Shown piece by piece: positions 1 to 12,299 of a DNA stretch of 54,057 bases; position 1 is the stretch's first letter; each line of letters begins with the position of its first letter. Source of the stretch: Klebsormidium nitens (lineage: Eukaryota > Plantae > Klebsormidiophyceae); contig DF237537.1 of the NCBI GenBank assembly GCA_000708835.1, positions 1-54,057 of the forward strand. Direction: 5' to 3'. Position numbers and translations under genes: made by a program. Below the pieces are notes generated by a model. It was given only the letters and a program-made list of their open reading frames with translations. It made no database searches and had not been told where the DNA came from.

Positions 1-382
1 GGAACGCTTACTTCTGTTCCCTCTACTATCCAAAGGGCGTCAAAATCACAACACCAACTGAAACCCGTGCCAAACGAATCAATGAAAAACTTAGTCTGCC
101 TGCCAAGGTTGCTTTGTAGTCCAGAAGAATGAGCCGTGAAAGACCCTTTCACGAGCTTCAAAAACACGAACACCACACTATAATGACAGCTCCCGTATCC
201 GCACAGAAGCAAAGTAGCCGAGACGGAAGGGTGTTCAAGCGACGGCATTCCGACGTTTTCTGTTGTGGTAGCTAGGATTGAAAGGATCTAGACCGACTTC
301 GAAGAAAGGACAAAATGATATTTCTTGCTGGAACCAACTGATCCATCTCAAAACTCGAACCTTTTGTCCTCATTTGCGTCAG

Positions 383-1384
383 GTGATTGTTCCAGACACC
401 AGTCTGGTCTGTGATCCGTTGGGATCCGCACCCAACCAATGCTTCAGCGCGGATGGATCCACCTCGATTTGCTGCTCCGGGCAGGTGCGTTTCCTCTCTT
501 CTTTTTCTTCCCCTCTCTTTTCTCCTTCCCAAAACTTGCTTGTGCTGCTTCGCGTCGTGTTACTGCACAAAGAGGCGCGCTTCCTCTAGTGCTGTCTTAC
601 ACTGTCTTACACTCTCCTCGCCGATTGTCCACCGGAAAAGATAGCTTTTCCTTGTGGTTTAAGGAGACGTGGCTGATTCGACTCTGTTGCGAAGTGTTAC
701 TGTGTTGCGAACTATTACGAACTGTCACTCTGTTGCTGCGCCAACCGAGTAAGCTCCCTCTCCTTTATTCCCATTCATTGGCTTGACCGCCTTTGTGCGC
801 TGCCCCCGACGAGCGCGCGCGAGCGCGCTTCGTGCTATTTCCAGAACTATTCGGCCAATTCACTTCCATCTACTGCCCAGTATAAAGCGGAGCTTCTTTC
901 CTTACTCTGATTTAGTTGCTTCGTGTTACTCTGTTCCGCGAGCGGGTGTGATCTTGAACACGTCTGTTTTCATCTGCAGTGCCGCTCAACCCCCTCCGCC
1001 GTTCCGTCCTGTGCCGACGGATCACCGGGCATACCCAGCGTTACCGGTTCGCCCGCCCCGGTTCCAACCGGCGCCGGTACCACCTCCCCGGTTCCAACCA
1101 CATCTGCCCCGGTCCCAACCACGTCTGTGCCCGTACCAACCACAAATGCCCCGGTTCCCTCCACTCTTCCCCCGTCTGCTACTTTGGCGCCCGGGGGAAC
1201 TTGTGACCCGAGCTCCGCTCGACCAACCAGTGCTTCAATTCCGCCGGATCTGCTTCCGTTTGTTGCCCCGGGGCTTGCTCCTCGACGCCCGGGGCTTCGC
1301 CCACGTGTGCCTAATGTGCAGGTGCTACGTGTTGCTCTCGCAAGAGCGTTCAGTTCTGATCATGAAGAGAGAGAGATGAGGTAG
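383..1384 (+). CDS. Partial spliced gene for a Cys-rich plus Pro/Thr-rich (mucin/AGP-like) protein; exons 383-484 and 980-(1321 or 1384); 5' exons not identified
   Basis: Acceptor TTTGCGTCAG|383, donor CAG|GTGCGT after 484 and acceptor CATCTGCAG|980 join in phase 0, giving VIVPDTSLVCDPLGSAPNQCFSADGSTSICCSGQ|CRSTPSAVPSCADGSPG followed by PVPT(T/S) repeats. Confidence 0.55.
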
Positions 1385-3087
1385 TGGCCTGGAGTCCACA
1401 GTCTGACGTCAAAAAGCGGGTACCTTGTCGCCACAAACTTGGTATTAGCAGTCTTCCGCGAAGCAGTCAACTGTGGTAGCGGTTTGATGATAGGAGTCAA
1501 AAGGGACGCCCTCTGAAGAGCTAAGCGTACTTTAACGCACTGTTTCCATCAGGGAAGCTCGACGTCGGTCGCCCAGTTTGCAACAATTCACACCGTACGG
1601 AGCCTCGTTGCCCTTCGTGCAACTGGAGTCGCGTCGAGGGGCGTAGAACTTCCTTCCAATAAAGATCGCTTGGTTGCCAACATGAGCGCTGTAGTCAAAG
1701 TGTGTTCTTAGACAAGATTTCAGGTATGCTACTTCCAAGAGCTACAATTCAAGCTGTTGCAGCGAAAGCAGACTTCCAGACTTGGACTGGATTTGTCGTG
1801 CCGGAGACCCGACCAGACCTTGACGACAATTTTGGAGCGCAGAGGTGGGCCGCGTGCAATGACGGAAGATCGACGTAAGCAGGAGCTAGCTTACGTTTAC
1901 GACTTCCAGTTTGCAGGGGTTTTCGGGCGCACGTTGTTAAACTAGCTAGCTCTTCCTTTTCTTGATGCTTCGCATCATTCGATTGACTCGTTTCGCCTTT
2001 CTGAACGTCCGATCACGACGGCGGCTCTCGTCATGCATCATTCAGTGTCACGTGTACTACTTGTGATCAGAAACCACATGACAGTGACCTGACTTCTAAT
2101 CACTCGCGCCTTTAACCGGCAGCGGGCCTGGCGAACTAAAATGGAGACCAAGAACTTAGAATCGCACGGGCCGCATGCAGGCAATAATCTTGTCGTCCGA
2201 CGTCAGATCGCCTCCAGATACATCCCAGCAATCACTTGAACGTCATTTTGCTAATGCAACATGGCATGCAGCTTAGTACGGTACCTATGGACTCTATGCA
2301 GGATTACAGCGCCGGCCAATTGTTGCATGATTCACAAAGTCTTATGCAACTTACAAATGGTGCCAGTCAGTCGGACTCAGCAGCTTAGGTCACTGCGAGT
2401 GAATGATCATCTGCGCGCATGATCAGTGCTTCTACTTCAGATGATGTATTTGAGGTTTGCTGGTATAAGAACAATCAAGCCGTGAAATAACCAATGAGAC
2501 GGCCGCTGAGTCCTCTGACAACGATTGGTGGATTGCGGGCCGCGGCCGCCCATATAACCCCATTGGCGATTCCAAAGAAGCGCACGCGGGTATCAATCAC
2601 ATATGGTGCGCGTAACATCCCTGAATTTGCCTGGGCCCACAGGCTGCCAATCAGGATCATTTGGCATGGGATCATCATCGCCCCATGCCTTTGCCAGATA
2701 CGCACGGGCTTAAAAAGAAGTCGCAACCAATAGATTTGAAGCTGCACTGTGGCAGCTAGTATAGTGCGCAGGCGGCCGCACTCAGTCACTGATCCATGCA
2801 GCACGTACGGAACGCGAACTTAAGGGCTATGCTCTTTCAAGTAGGATTATATAAAGGCCTTTCAAGCGTCCTGGAATGCGGCCAGCACAGTAACCATTAA
2901 GCTAGGTACCACACTGATACTGCCGCTAGCTCCATCATTTGCTGTTTCAAGTTTCATTTCGTGCACTGGCATATTAACAATCTTTTTCAAATTGGCAATG
3001 AGGGCTTTCCAACTCGAAGAACCAGTAGGACGGACCCTCCCCTTTTTCCAGTAGCCACAACCAAGTTCTGGCTGGCGTTCATCCGTT

Positions 3088-6000
3088 TTACCGGTCCGCC
3101 GGGAGCGGGGTCGTCCGCATGGACCCGGCCAGGTTCATCTTGCTCCCCGGCCGGCTGCTTCCCCCTGTCAACCCCGCCTGCCTTCGCGTGCGCTTCACGT
3201 CCATCTCCACGATCTCCACCTGTGACAATCCAAGAAGATCTCGCGATTAAGGTTTTGAGGGCTGGCTAGCTTGCAGACCGATGCTCGCTCCATGCCGAGC
3301 GAAAAATACGAGTTACATAGGGGCAATTGCGACAATTAGTTCACGAGCTTGGTTCTATAGGGACTGTCGACGATTCTGGAGAAGCAGCTTGGCTCGGGCC
3401 CCGCTTCCAGTCTTACGACTGGTCGCGCAGGACGGATTTTGGCCCTCGGAGGTCTGAAAGTTCATCCGTTCATCCGTTCATCATTCGTTACAATCTGGCA
3501 GCGTTCCCTGCACGCCGTTCCGCTTCCAGTCAAAGGAGTCCCTCTCCGAACCTTTTGCCTTGGTTATCAAGCTCACTGACTCTTCGCTCGTCACCACCGC
3601 CAGGAACTGACATGGAGCCACCTGTAACCCTTAAAACGACGTGAGCACTGAGGACCATATAACTCCGCTTATCCGGCCGCGTTTCCACTCACCTTCCGCT
3701 CCTATCCGACGAGCTTCCGATTCAGCTTCGCAACCCATACGCAGCTCGAAGCACTTGTAATACGTCCACAGCTCCGGATGATAGATTCCTAGGCGTTTCA
3801 CTGGGGAGCTTGTGACAGTCGCCCCAAGCTTCCGGCTCATTCCGCTCACCTTCCGCTCCCAGTCGACGGACTTCTTCTCCAGCTCCGCCACTTTTGCTTT
3901 CAGCTTGATGTAGTCCATCACGCACGGCAGCTCCGGGTCCTCTTGCTGCTTCTTCAGCGCCGCCTGCCGGTCCTGCGCGGCCGCCTGCGCGGGGTTCACA
4001 GGGTTTTGACTTCAGGATTGTTAGCAGCGTTTAGCGTCGCCTGGTGATCCTGTGCGGCCGCCTGCACGGTTAGGGGTTTAAGAGGCCAGCCAGAGCTTCA
4101 AAAGTAAAAGCATAGCGTTTCATTGGCCCTGCGCCGCTGCTGCGTTATCGACCTTTCCGCTGCGTCTTCAGCGCTGCCTGCCGGTTCTGCGCGGCCGCCT
4201 GCGGGGTTCAGGGTCTTCGAGTTGGGATTCTAGAAGGAATCCCTAGGCGTCCGCCTGGGGGATTGATTCTCTTTCATAGGGGTTTAGATTTTCGCGTCGC
4301 CACCTGACGCTTCGCGAGGCCGCCTGCCAAATGAAGGGTTTTGGGGTATGGAATTTACAAGTTCCACGTGTCAAACAGAGCTTTGAAGACTGCAGTGCGG
4401 CGCGACGGGGTCAAACAAGCTCCGAATCAGAACCCGGTGCAGAAAAACACTCTTGGACCAGGTTCCTTACTGCAGCATTCTATGGAGGCGAACTCCAATG
4501 AGATAACGTCGAAGGCCTGGAGACGATAAAAGCCAAGAGATTACTGTTCGGTGAAGGTGCGAAGCGCATGGGCTTTGAGTTGTCGATCCCAGTTAGATCG
4601 TTCTCGCCATCGCACCAAAGCTTCAATTCGCAGAAGAGATTTTGGGTCTCTGAAGAACTTCTGTCGGTCGAAGCGGTGCAAGCCGAGCTTTCCCTTGATA
4701 CATCCGCTACCCGTATGATTAGCACAGGTGACCTGCGGATTCAAAAGGCGGATCGCCCGCCCTCTTACCTTCTCATCGCCAATGGTCAGAATCTCCTTCT
4801 CGTACCGACTCAGCAGCTCGCGCTTCTCCGCCATCGTCTTGGCGAGCCACGTGCCCTGCCACGTCAGCCCGCTGAGCTTCTTTTTGAGCGTGTTGAGGAT
4901 CTGCGAAGCGCATTGATGTAGTCACGGGGCTTCAATTGATCTGCATGTTTTTTAATTATCAGGCAATGGGGCTGATCATGGGTTCTGACAGTTGGCCGTG
5001 TGGGAGTGTCATGAGAGGTTCTTGAAAATCGGAAACCTCGGCTTCTAGTCAAAGTTCGACGCAAGATAGGATTGTCCTGATCCATAGCTCTAAAAGTACT
5101 TGACGGGTATAAATAGCTTACTAAGAACGCAAGCTTAGCACCTTGTTGGTCCAGAGTCGCGCACTTAATCCGCACTACTAAGGTATCTTTCACCTATGAT
5201 CAAGCGCGCTTGCGCTCGCTCGCGGGTCGCTGAAAGCGACCGAATCTTTTGCTACGACTCGCGTCATTGCCGGGAAAGCTCCCGGCCCATCCGCTCACCT
5301 GTAGCGTCCTTGCTGCCGTCAACTTCAGCTTGATGAGCTCAGCATTACGCTCCTCGACTTTCTCCAGGAACTGCTGGTTCTGGATCTTGAGTTGGTCGAA
5401 ATCGACGGTGTTGAGCACCTCGCCCATTTCCTCCTTCTGCTGCAGACTGGACTCAACCTTGCTGATCTGGAGAAAGCAGGGAAAGGGAGAAAGTCAATAA
5501 GAAGCGGGACGTGTTTTGCTCAAGACCTGCCTGTCTCAGCTCTGTTAGAATATTGTGAAAGCAGGAACGCAAGAAGGTCACATGGAAGCCGGTAGGCCGG
5601 TAACTCAACCTTGCTGATTTGAAGAAAGCAGGGAAAGGAAGAAAATCGGTCAGAAGCGGGACGAGTTCTGCTAGAGAGCTCATTCAGCCTTGCTGATCTG
5701 GAAAAAAGCAGAGAACGCAAGCTTGAAGCGGGACGAGTTCCGCTCGAGAGCTACCTCAATCTCGCTGTCGTGGAAAAGGAGGGAACGCAAGATGGTCACA
5801 CAGAAGTGGGAAGACCTTTGCTGAACCGCAGACTGAACTCTGCTAAAATTATGAAAGCAGGGAAACGCAAGAAAGTCAGTCAGAAGTAGGACGAGTGTAA
5901 AGAGCTATCACAAGCAATGGAAGGCGAACGTGGAGTTGAGACAACGTTTCTGAGATCCCCGTTGGCTACGTTTCTCCTTTGGCTCCATAAAGCGTTGGTT

Positions 6001-7802
6001 CAGGACGGCTGTCGTAGAGTGTCTCGGTCAATTCGCCGTAACTTCAGAGTCTCCTTCAGTGCACCATTCCAGTCGTGCGACTCTTCCTCGTCGTCTTTTG
6101 ACGTTTCTGAGTCTCAATAACCATTATCCGAGTGTATCAATGAACGGAAAAGGGTAGAGTCTGGTCTTGGTGGAGATCGAGTTAGGAGTCATGCCTCCAT
6201 AGTCGGTAAGAAAAAGCAGGGGGAGAGAAGCTCTCTCAAGCCAAGGGGTTCGGGCAGCCACGGTATCGTATCGACCCTCGGCTCTTCGCTGCCAAATCTC
6301 CCCAACAGTGTGACATTTGCTTTACAGAGCGAATTGCCGAATACGGATCCCCGCCATGTAATCCGCTACTTGTTTTTCTCTCCTGTTCCTTGACTGCCCA
6401 AGCAACAGGCAGAAGTATCACACGCACCTGAATCTTTAGAGACGCGTTCTTCAACCGCAACTTTTCCACCGTCGAGTCTCGCTCCCGGAAACGATCTTCG
6501 AAGTACCTGAGAAAAAGCAAATGCAGTCCTTCAGCCGGACTTTTTGTAACTCCTAGGTCGAAACAGAGAGTTTCGGACAAGACTACCGGGAATTTTGGTA
6601 CAGCAGGCACAAGCTACCAGCTCGATTGAAAAGTGATGCACAGACGGCCCTCCATCGTTTCCGCTTAGCATGCTGAAGCAACAACAAACCTGCTGTGCGT
6701 TACCTTTGATAAAGCTTGCCAGGTGTCCTTAAATCATCGATTCTGTCAACTGAAACCAGTGGCCACCATTACGCTGTTACTTTCTTCCTCCGCATATGTC
6801 CATTTTTCAAGAAATCCTGTTGGAGAAAGACGTCCAGGATTTACCCACTGAATGTCCACACTTTAGCTCAGGCACAAAGAAGCCTTTCTTGTGAGAGCGT
6901 TCACTCACTTCAGCACCTTCTCGGCCATGGTCTTTCCCGTCTGCCCGTTCTGCCCCCCCATAACGACATCCCTCCGGAACTCATATGATTCTTTCTTCGT
7001 CTGAGCAATGCTGACGTCAGCTTCCTCCAACAACGCCTTTAGATCCTCGAGCGTGCGCTCGCTTTCTTGCCGCACCCGCTGCGTTTCTTCCCTGATCACT
7101 TCGATCTCAGCGCAGGCAATCTCGTACTTCTCATCCATTGTCAGGAGGCGCTCCTCTCTTTTTCGGTCCTCTACAGCTTTCTTCTTAGGGCTGCGCTTCC
7201 GCCCCCCCAGGGGTTCATCCAGATCGGCGCCGGAGGTCCCAGCAGGGGTGACACGCTGCAGGTAAAAGTAGCCCCCCATCTGTGACTGATATCCTAGAAG
7301 GGCTTTTTGACGTGATTTCAAAAAGGGACACACTGGAGTGGTTGTATTGCGAGTTTGAACCTGGGTGACCAATGAACAGAACTTTTCCCTGAAAAAGTTC
7401 CTTCAAGATACCAGAAAGGTGTATGAGCTATGCAGCTCCCATTTGAGCTTGCAACGAGAATAGGAAATTCACATGCTAATAGTCCTGTAGGCAATGTTCC
7501 TCCATAGCACATATATGCATGCACTTTATACGCAAGTCAGCCTTGTACCTTGTGCTGAGTGTCAATACATCAGGAGTTTACCTGCAAGTAACCTTTTGAG
7601 AGCTGGTCCTCCTTCTCAGAAGCTGAATCACCAGAGTCCAGCATTGAATGGATCAAATGATTTTGCATACCTGCAAGTACGCTTCTAACAGCTGGTTCTC
7701 TTTCTCCAGATGCTCATTTGCTTTCTCCAGCTCATCGAGCTCAGCAGCCAGGTCACTCGGCGGTCCCACATCCTCAGGGGCTGCTTCCGCTGTGTCGTCC
7801 AT
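3088..7802 (-). CDS. CCDC113: Coiled-coil cilia/flagella-associated protein CCDC113 (CFAP263), 374 aa; exons (5'->3') 7802-7671, 7255-6909, 6506-6428, 5466-5299, 4900-4769, 3984-3850, 3219-3088
   Basis: All six introns are GT-AG with consistent phases and no internal stop (1125 nt). The motifs EKLRLKNASLKIQ, VDFDQLKIQNQQFLEKVEERNAEL and VMDYIKLKAKVAELEKKSVDWERK|VEIVEM match the CCDC113 family as I recall it. The length is close to the animal protein. Confidence 0.9.
3680..4335 (-). repeat. Decayed copies of CCDC113 exon 6 junctions: one donor echo (about 3680-3740) and three acceptor echoes (exon-start equivalents 4061, 4198, 4323)
   Basis: + strand CTCACCTTCCGCTCC occurs at about 3688 and at the real donor 3845. 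GCGGCCGCCTGC-like units with the upstream exon sequence recur in intron 3985-4768. Confidence 0.8.
5450..5910 (-). repeat. About five decayed ~75-80 bp copies of the acceptor region of CCDC113 exon 4
   Basis: + strand CAACCTTGCTGATCTGGAGAAAGCAGGGAAAGG at the real junction recurs as variants at about 5605, 5685, 5755 and 5835, and more weakly at about 5535. Confidence 0.75.
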
Positions 7803-9511
7803 TTTCTCTGGCACTTCTATGTGCAGGTTTCAGCACAGATTTTGAAGAGCCACTCTATCACGATGCTTGTCAAAAGCTTGTAAAGCTTGCAGGAGAACGT
7901 GCAGGGAGTCTGCGAGTACGTGATTCAGGTAGTGTGGACCTCCGAGCTCAAGATACGCTGAAGCAGGTGAGTAACGTTAAGCCAGCCCGAGGTGCAGCTG
8001 CAAGGTGCATATGTCTATGTTCCGCAGCAATTGCTGAGTGTACACAGTAATAGCAATCAGCTTTGAGTTCTCCACTCTTGCCGAAAGAGCTTGTGAAGAC
8101 CCTGATTCACATTGCCACTTTTCACCAAAACAAGCTTGGATGAAACCTGTAAAACCAGACCTTACTGGACCGGTGAAACAATGGATTGTCAAGATGCGAA
8201 TTGTTTTCTCCTGCAGCTGGGATCTCTTGACTTGCTGACCTGCTACTGACATCAGTGATACATATGGACGGACAACCAGCTACGCCCTACAGGCTACCGT
8301 ACAGCACTCCCTACACAAAAAATACCTTCTCCGTCCCAATATTGACCATGCTGCTCCAGGCTACAGCTCAGCAGGCAGCACTGAGCACGCGATTTCAATT
8401 GTTTGCTAATACAATACATTTTTTGCAAATGGATCAGCACAAGCAAAAAGGAAGCAAAAGAGTAGCGGATTGTGCGCGCGCAATACCTATTGAGAAGCGG
8501 AAGCAATCCGGCAACTAACTTGCTTATAGATTGCCAGGTGGCGCGCGTTAGACCGTCTTGCAAACCAAGAAGCATCTTAGAACCGTCGATTCACCATTCA
8601 CTCACAATCACTGACTACCAATCATACGTAAATGCACTGTGCCACACAGTGAAGTGCAACATGGCGTGCAAATTGCAATGTTGCAGCTCTGATCAGAGCC
8701 TCATGAGCTCAGCTTCAAGTTCAATGCTACCTTTAAGTTTTGGGACGCTTTAGGAGGGACTAAGGTCGGAAAGCGTGGGGAAAGCAGCTTAGAAGGAGCA
8801 AAGGGGGCCCGCACTTGGTTGCGAGAGAATCAAGAATCAGGAACGCATAACATGTCAGGTGAGCTGGGAGCATAGTAAATTGCACTTGTTTTGCTGAGGT
8901 GGTTTGGATCCTTTTGATATCTTTGTTGCAGCGAACTCTGAGTACCTAACAATCTAACGATCTTGAATAGTTTGTTGGCACGCCAGGGAAAACCCCCGGA
9001 AAACCACTAAAGAGCGGCTCCTTTGGAATGTCTGACGTTGAAGAAATGTGGAAGAATTTTAGCCACATTGGCATCTGGGCTACTTAAATGCACTTATCTT
9101 GATCTTCTAATGGAGCACTAGCAAGTCAGGCGCTGATTTGCAAAGTCAAGAGATTCTGAGACTTCTTGCCTCTCGCCATGTCAGATTGTCAAATTGTAAG
9201 GGGGTTCCATGAGCTTTCAGTTTTCTTTGGAAGGGCCTGAGAAGCGGTTTGCTTTCATAGGGAACACCCCCCTCAGGTCAATCATATGGCCTCAAAAGCT
9301 GATTGCAAAAGAGTCGATATCTGCTTCGATGCTCTCCATTTCTATCTAGTCCCACTAGGTGCTCCCTGAATGCCAAAATTGATGGTGTTGATAAGCCCCC
9401 CTTTTGCTCATGCAGAGCTGCACAAAGCAAATAGCTGTGGCGTTAACCCTGCGTTGATTCATCCAGCAATGCTACGGTTCTTACTCCTGTGGAGTCCGCT
9501 CCTGAGGTGAT

Positions 9512-12299
9512 ATGGCGCTCAATCTGTTTGCCCGTTCCTTGAGCTGGGGGGGCCGCACTTTGCGACAGGCAGTGCGTCCAATTGGCATTGTGCACTTCGA
9601 TGCTGGCTGTCATTTGGGGTCAGAGGGCAATGGGACCAACTCAATGCAGGACCCAGGCAGCAGTGGACGGTTCTTATCTCCCAGGCCGCCGTCAGAATGT
9701 ATTGGCGTTTGCCGCCCCGCTGCTTTTTCGGTGGCTGTCCCAGCTTACACGTTTGCAACAATGGCTGCAAAACAGGGTGTGGGAGTAGAGGCGCAGGAAA
9801 GTGAAGTGGCAAGGGAGAAAAGGAATCAGGCAAGTAAAGAGTTGAGGGATGGCTGGGGCGCCCAGGAAGGTTCAGAAAGACTCGGTCCTCAGAGGCCAAA
9901 AAGTGCGAAAGAGGCGAGGCATCAGTGGGTCAGCATCACCCAGGCGTTTTATCAGCGGCTCAAAGGGTGGCCTGTGGATGTAGATCTTCATGAGAAGCTC
10001 AAAGATAGTAAGGTGTTTGGAGTGAAGATCAATGAAAGGCTTGTCCGGTCGATTCTGCACCTTCTTGGGAATAGGGGAAGCCGTCACAGTGTTATCAGAT
10101 TCCCTTTTTGGAAATCTGGCGAGTCCTCTCTTGCTATGAAAGATCTCCGCTCTACGGATGATGATATCGAATGCAGCCTAGACGACGGGCTACGAGCTCT
10201 GAACATTTTCAACTGGCAGCAGAGCCAGAACACCGAGACGCCTCAACTGATGCTGCTGAATCCACTTTTCAAGGTGCTTTGTCGGGCTCGCATGGACAAC
10301 GAGCTTAGAGTCATCTGGAACACTTACAAAGTGCATGCAACACATGATCGTTTTCTTGTCGCGGACGCGTGCAAGGCTTTTTTTGATAGGGGACTTTATG
10401 AGGAGGCCTTAGCGGTGCATAGTGAAGCATTGAAGAACAATTGGGCAGTTCTTCCAAGAGGGCATGACTATGCAGTCCAAGCAATGCATGCAAAGCATGC
10501 CCATCCAAAGCAGATCTGGATGTTGTACAAGCGGGCAGTACAATCCACAGGCTGGGGGCTTTTAGAACCTGGATATGTGATCCTTCTGAAAGCGGGAGTT
10601 TCCATTGAACCAATTCTTAGCTTAAAACATAGAGATATCGATCGCCTGCTGGCTCGACTGATCGACGCTCTCTCATTGTTGGAGCGAAGAGATGAGGCTG
10701 CTGTGGTTGTAGACAGATTGCTTAAGCGAAAGAAAGCAATCAAGGTTGAAATCTATGTTCGGATTTTAATGGTTCTCATTAGAAACAATTTCAAGGACGA
10801 AGCGCAGATGCTGGCAAAAGTCCAAAATGAGAAGCACGGTGTGAGTTTGGATGCTGCTTTAATCTACACAACCAGCCGAGAACTGGAATGGGTTGGTGTC
10901 AAAGCTAATGAGCTCTTGTCAACTTTGGAGGGACCACACCGAACGAGCATTTCAGTACAAGCTGCTCTTATTATACGATGTTTTTACCCACTGAAATTGG
11001 TAGATAAGATGTGGGAGGTGAGTTCTTCTTAATCTCTATCTTCCAAGCGGATAGGCGATGCAGCCGTAGCCGTGCCATACTTTATGCTTGGAGCACAGAC
11101 GTATTCATTGGACTGCTGGATGAGACTTTGCGCGTATGGCTCCATGCCCGTTGCTTTTCAAATTGTAACTTGTGAGTGATCTTTGTAGTCAATGTCAAAG
11201 TTGCCTTACTTTTGAACATAGCATGTTAGGATTTGAGAATCTGGCTCTTAGGACACAGCTTCCATTTATTATAGACGTAAGTTGTAGGGCTGGATACAAG
11301 GTTGATTGCTAGGCGTCTACACGTAGTCCAGGTGTATGTTCTGTTTAGGCTCCCTGACTACCTCACTTGCAATGAAGTAGTATCTTTCATTTCCTAGCTG
11401 CCTAACTCAAAGTTATACACAGGCCCCGACCCAAGTACTACCATGTACCCCTGTAACTAACCCCGTGCAGGCTTACCAGCTGGGCAAGCAGTTTGAAGGT
11501 ACCTTCAGCCCCGAAGTTGTTCGGTACATGCTGTACGCCCTTACAAGGGCAGACAGAATACCGCACGTAGAGGAGGTGCTCGCGGATTATTACCGGAGTC
11601 TTGATGCGAGCGCACTTTCTCACAGCATGACGGTAATTGGGGAAAGCGTCTTCCATTGGTGAGCTGCGTGTAGGCTTCGTATCCACTTTGCGTTGGGTTA
11701 GTGATCCGCCAGGGTTTCATAAATGTCCATGGGCCCAGCTCAAGATCTCATTTTCGTTACCCGTTTTCTTGTCATCGGAGTCTTTGCTTCTTCAACGTGA
11801 CCTTTCAAGAAAGTTCCACTACATGCCGCCTTGACCTAAGGTGCCAGCTTCGAGGGCAGTGCAAGCACACGATTGCCATTCTCACATCACCAGTAGTTCT
11901 GATTGCATCATGGCCGGGTATTTAAGCACAAATCCGGATTTGTAGAACATTTAGAACGACCCACTTTTCACCATCACATTAACCGCAGGTGGCAGATACC
12001 ATTTCTTGACTAAATAGTGCCTACTTTGAAGTGCCTCTGAAGGAAACTGATTCTGATTCTCACGTGTTGTGTTCAGCTTATTTGAAATGTATATAAGGGC
12101 CGGGCAATCTGACAAGGTTGTCGAGATGTTCAAGGAGATGGTCATGAGGAAGCTTCACATACGACCATACTTTTCTCTCGCTTGGTATAAAAGGTTGCGG
12201 AAACATGGCTACCATAAGGAGGCGGAGCAGCTGAAAGCACTCTCGGTTAAGAGGAGACGGTCAAACAAGGTCCAGCTTAAATCGGTGTACAAATATTAG
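9512..12299 (+). CDS. Degenerate PPR-like (helical repeat) protein, about 638 aa, probably organelle-targeted; exons 9512-11017, 11471-11658, 12077-12299
   Basis: A 506-codon ORF with donor GAG|GTGAGT; the downstream exons join in phase. PPR-like motifs include LFEMYIRAGQSDKVVEMFKEMVMRKLHIRP and ACKAFFDRGLYEEALAVH. The N-terminus is Arg/Leu-rich and acid-free. A paralog at 27420 has the same intron positions. Confidence 0.75.

Noticed and set aside
1532-1738. Cys-containing ORF on the - strand, or a further + strand exon near 1553-1711
   Set aside because: No homology recognised and no splice chain could be fixed on either strand.
3460-3848. Alternative CCDC113 C-termini (read-through ORF 3631-3999 or an exon starting near 3620)
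   Set aside because: The exon at 3219-3088 supplies the family-conserved VEIVEM and a normal length; the alternatives show no homology.
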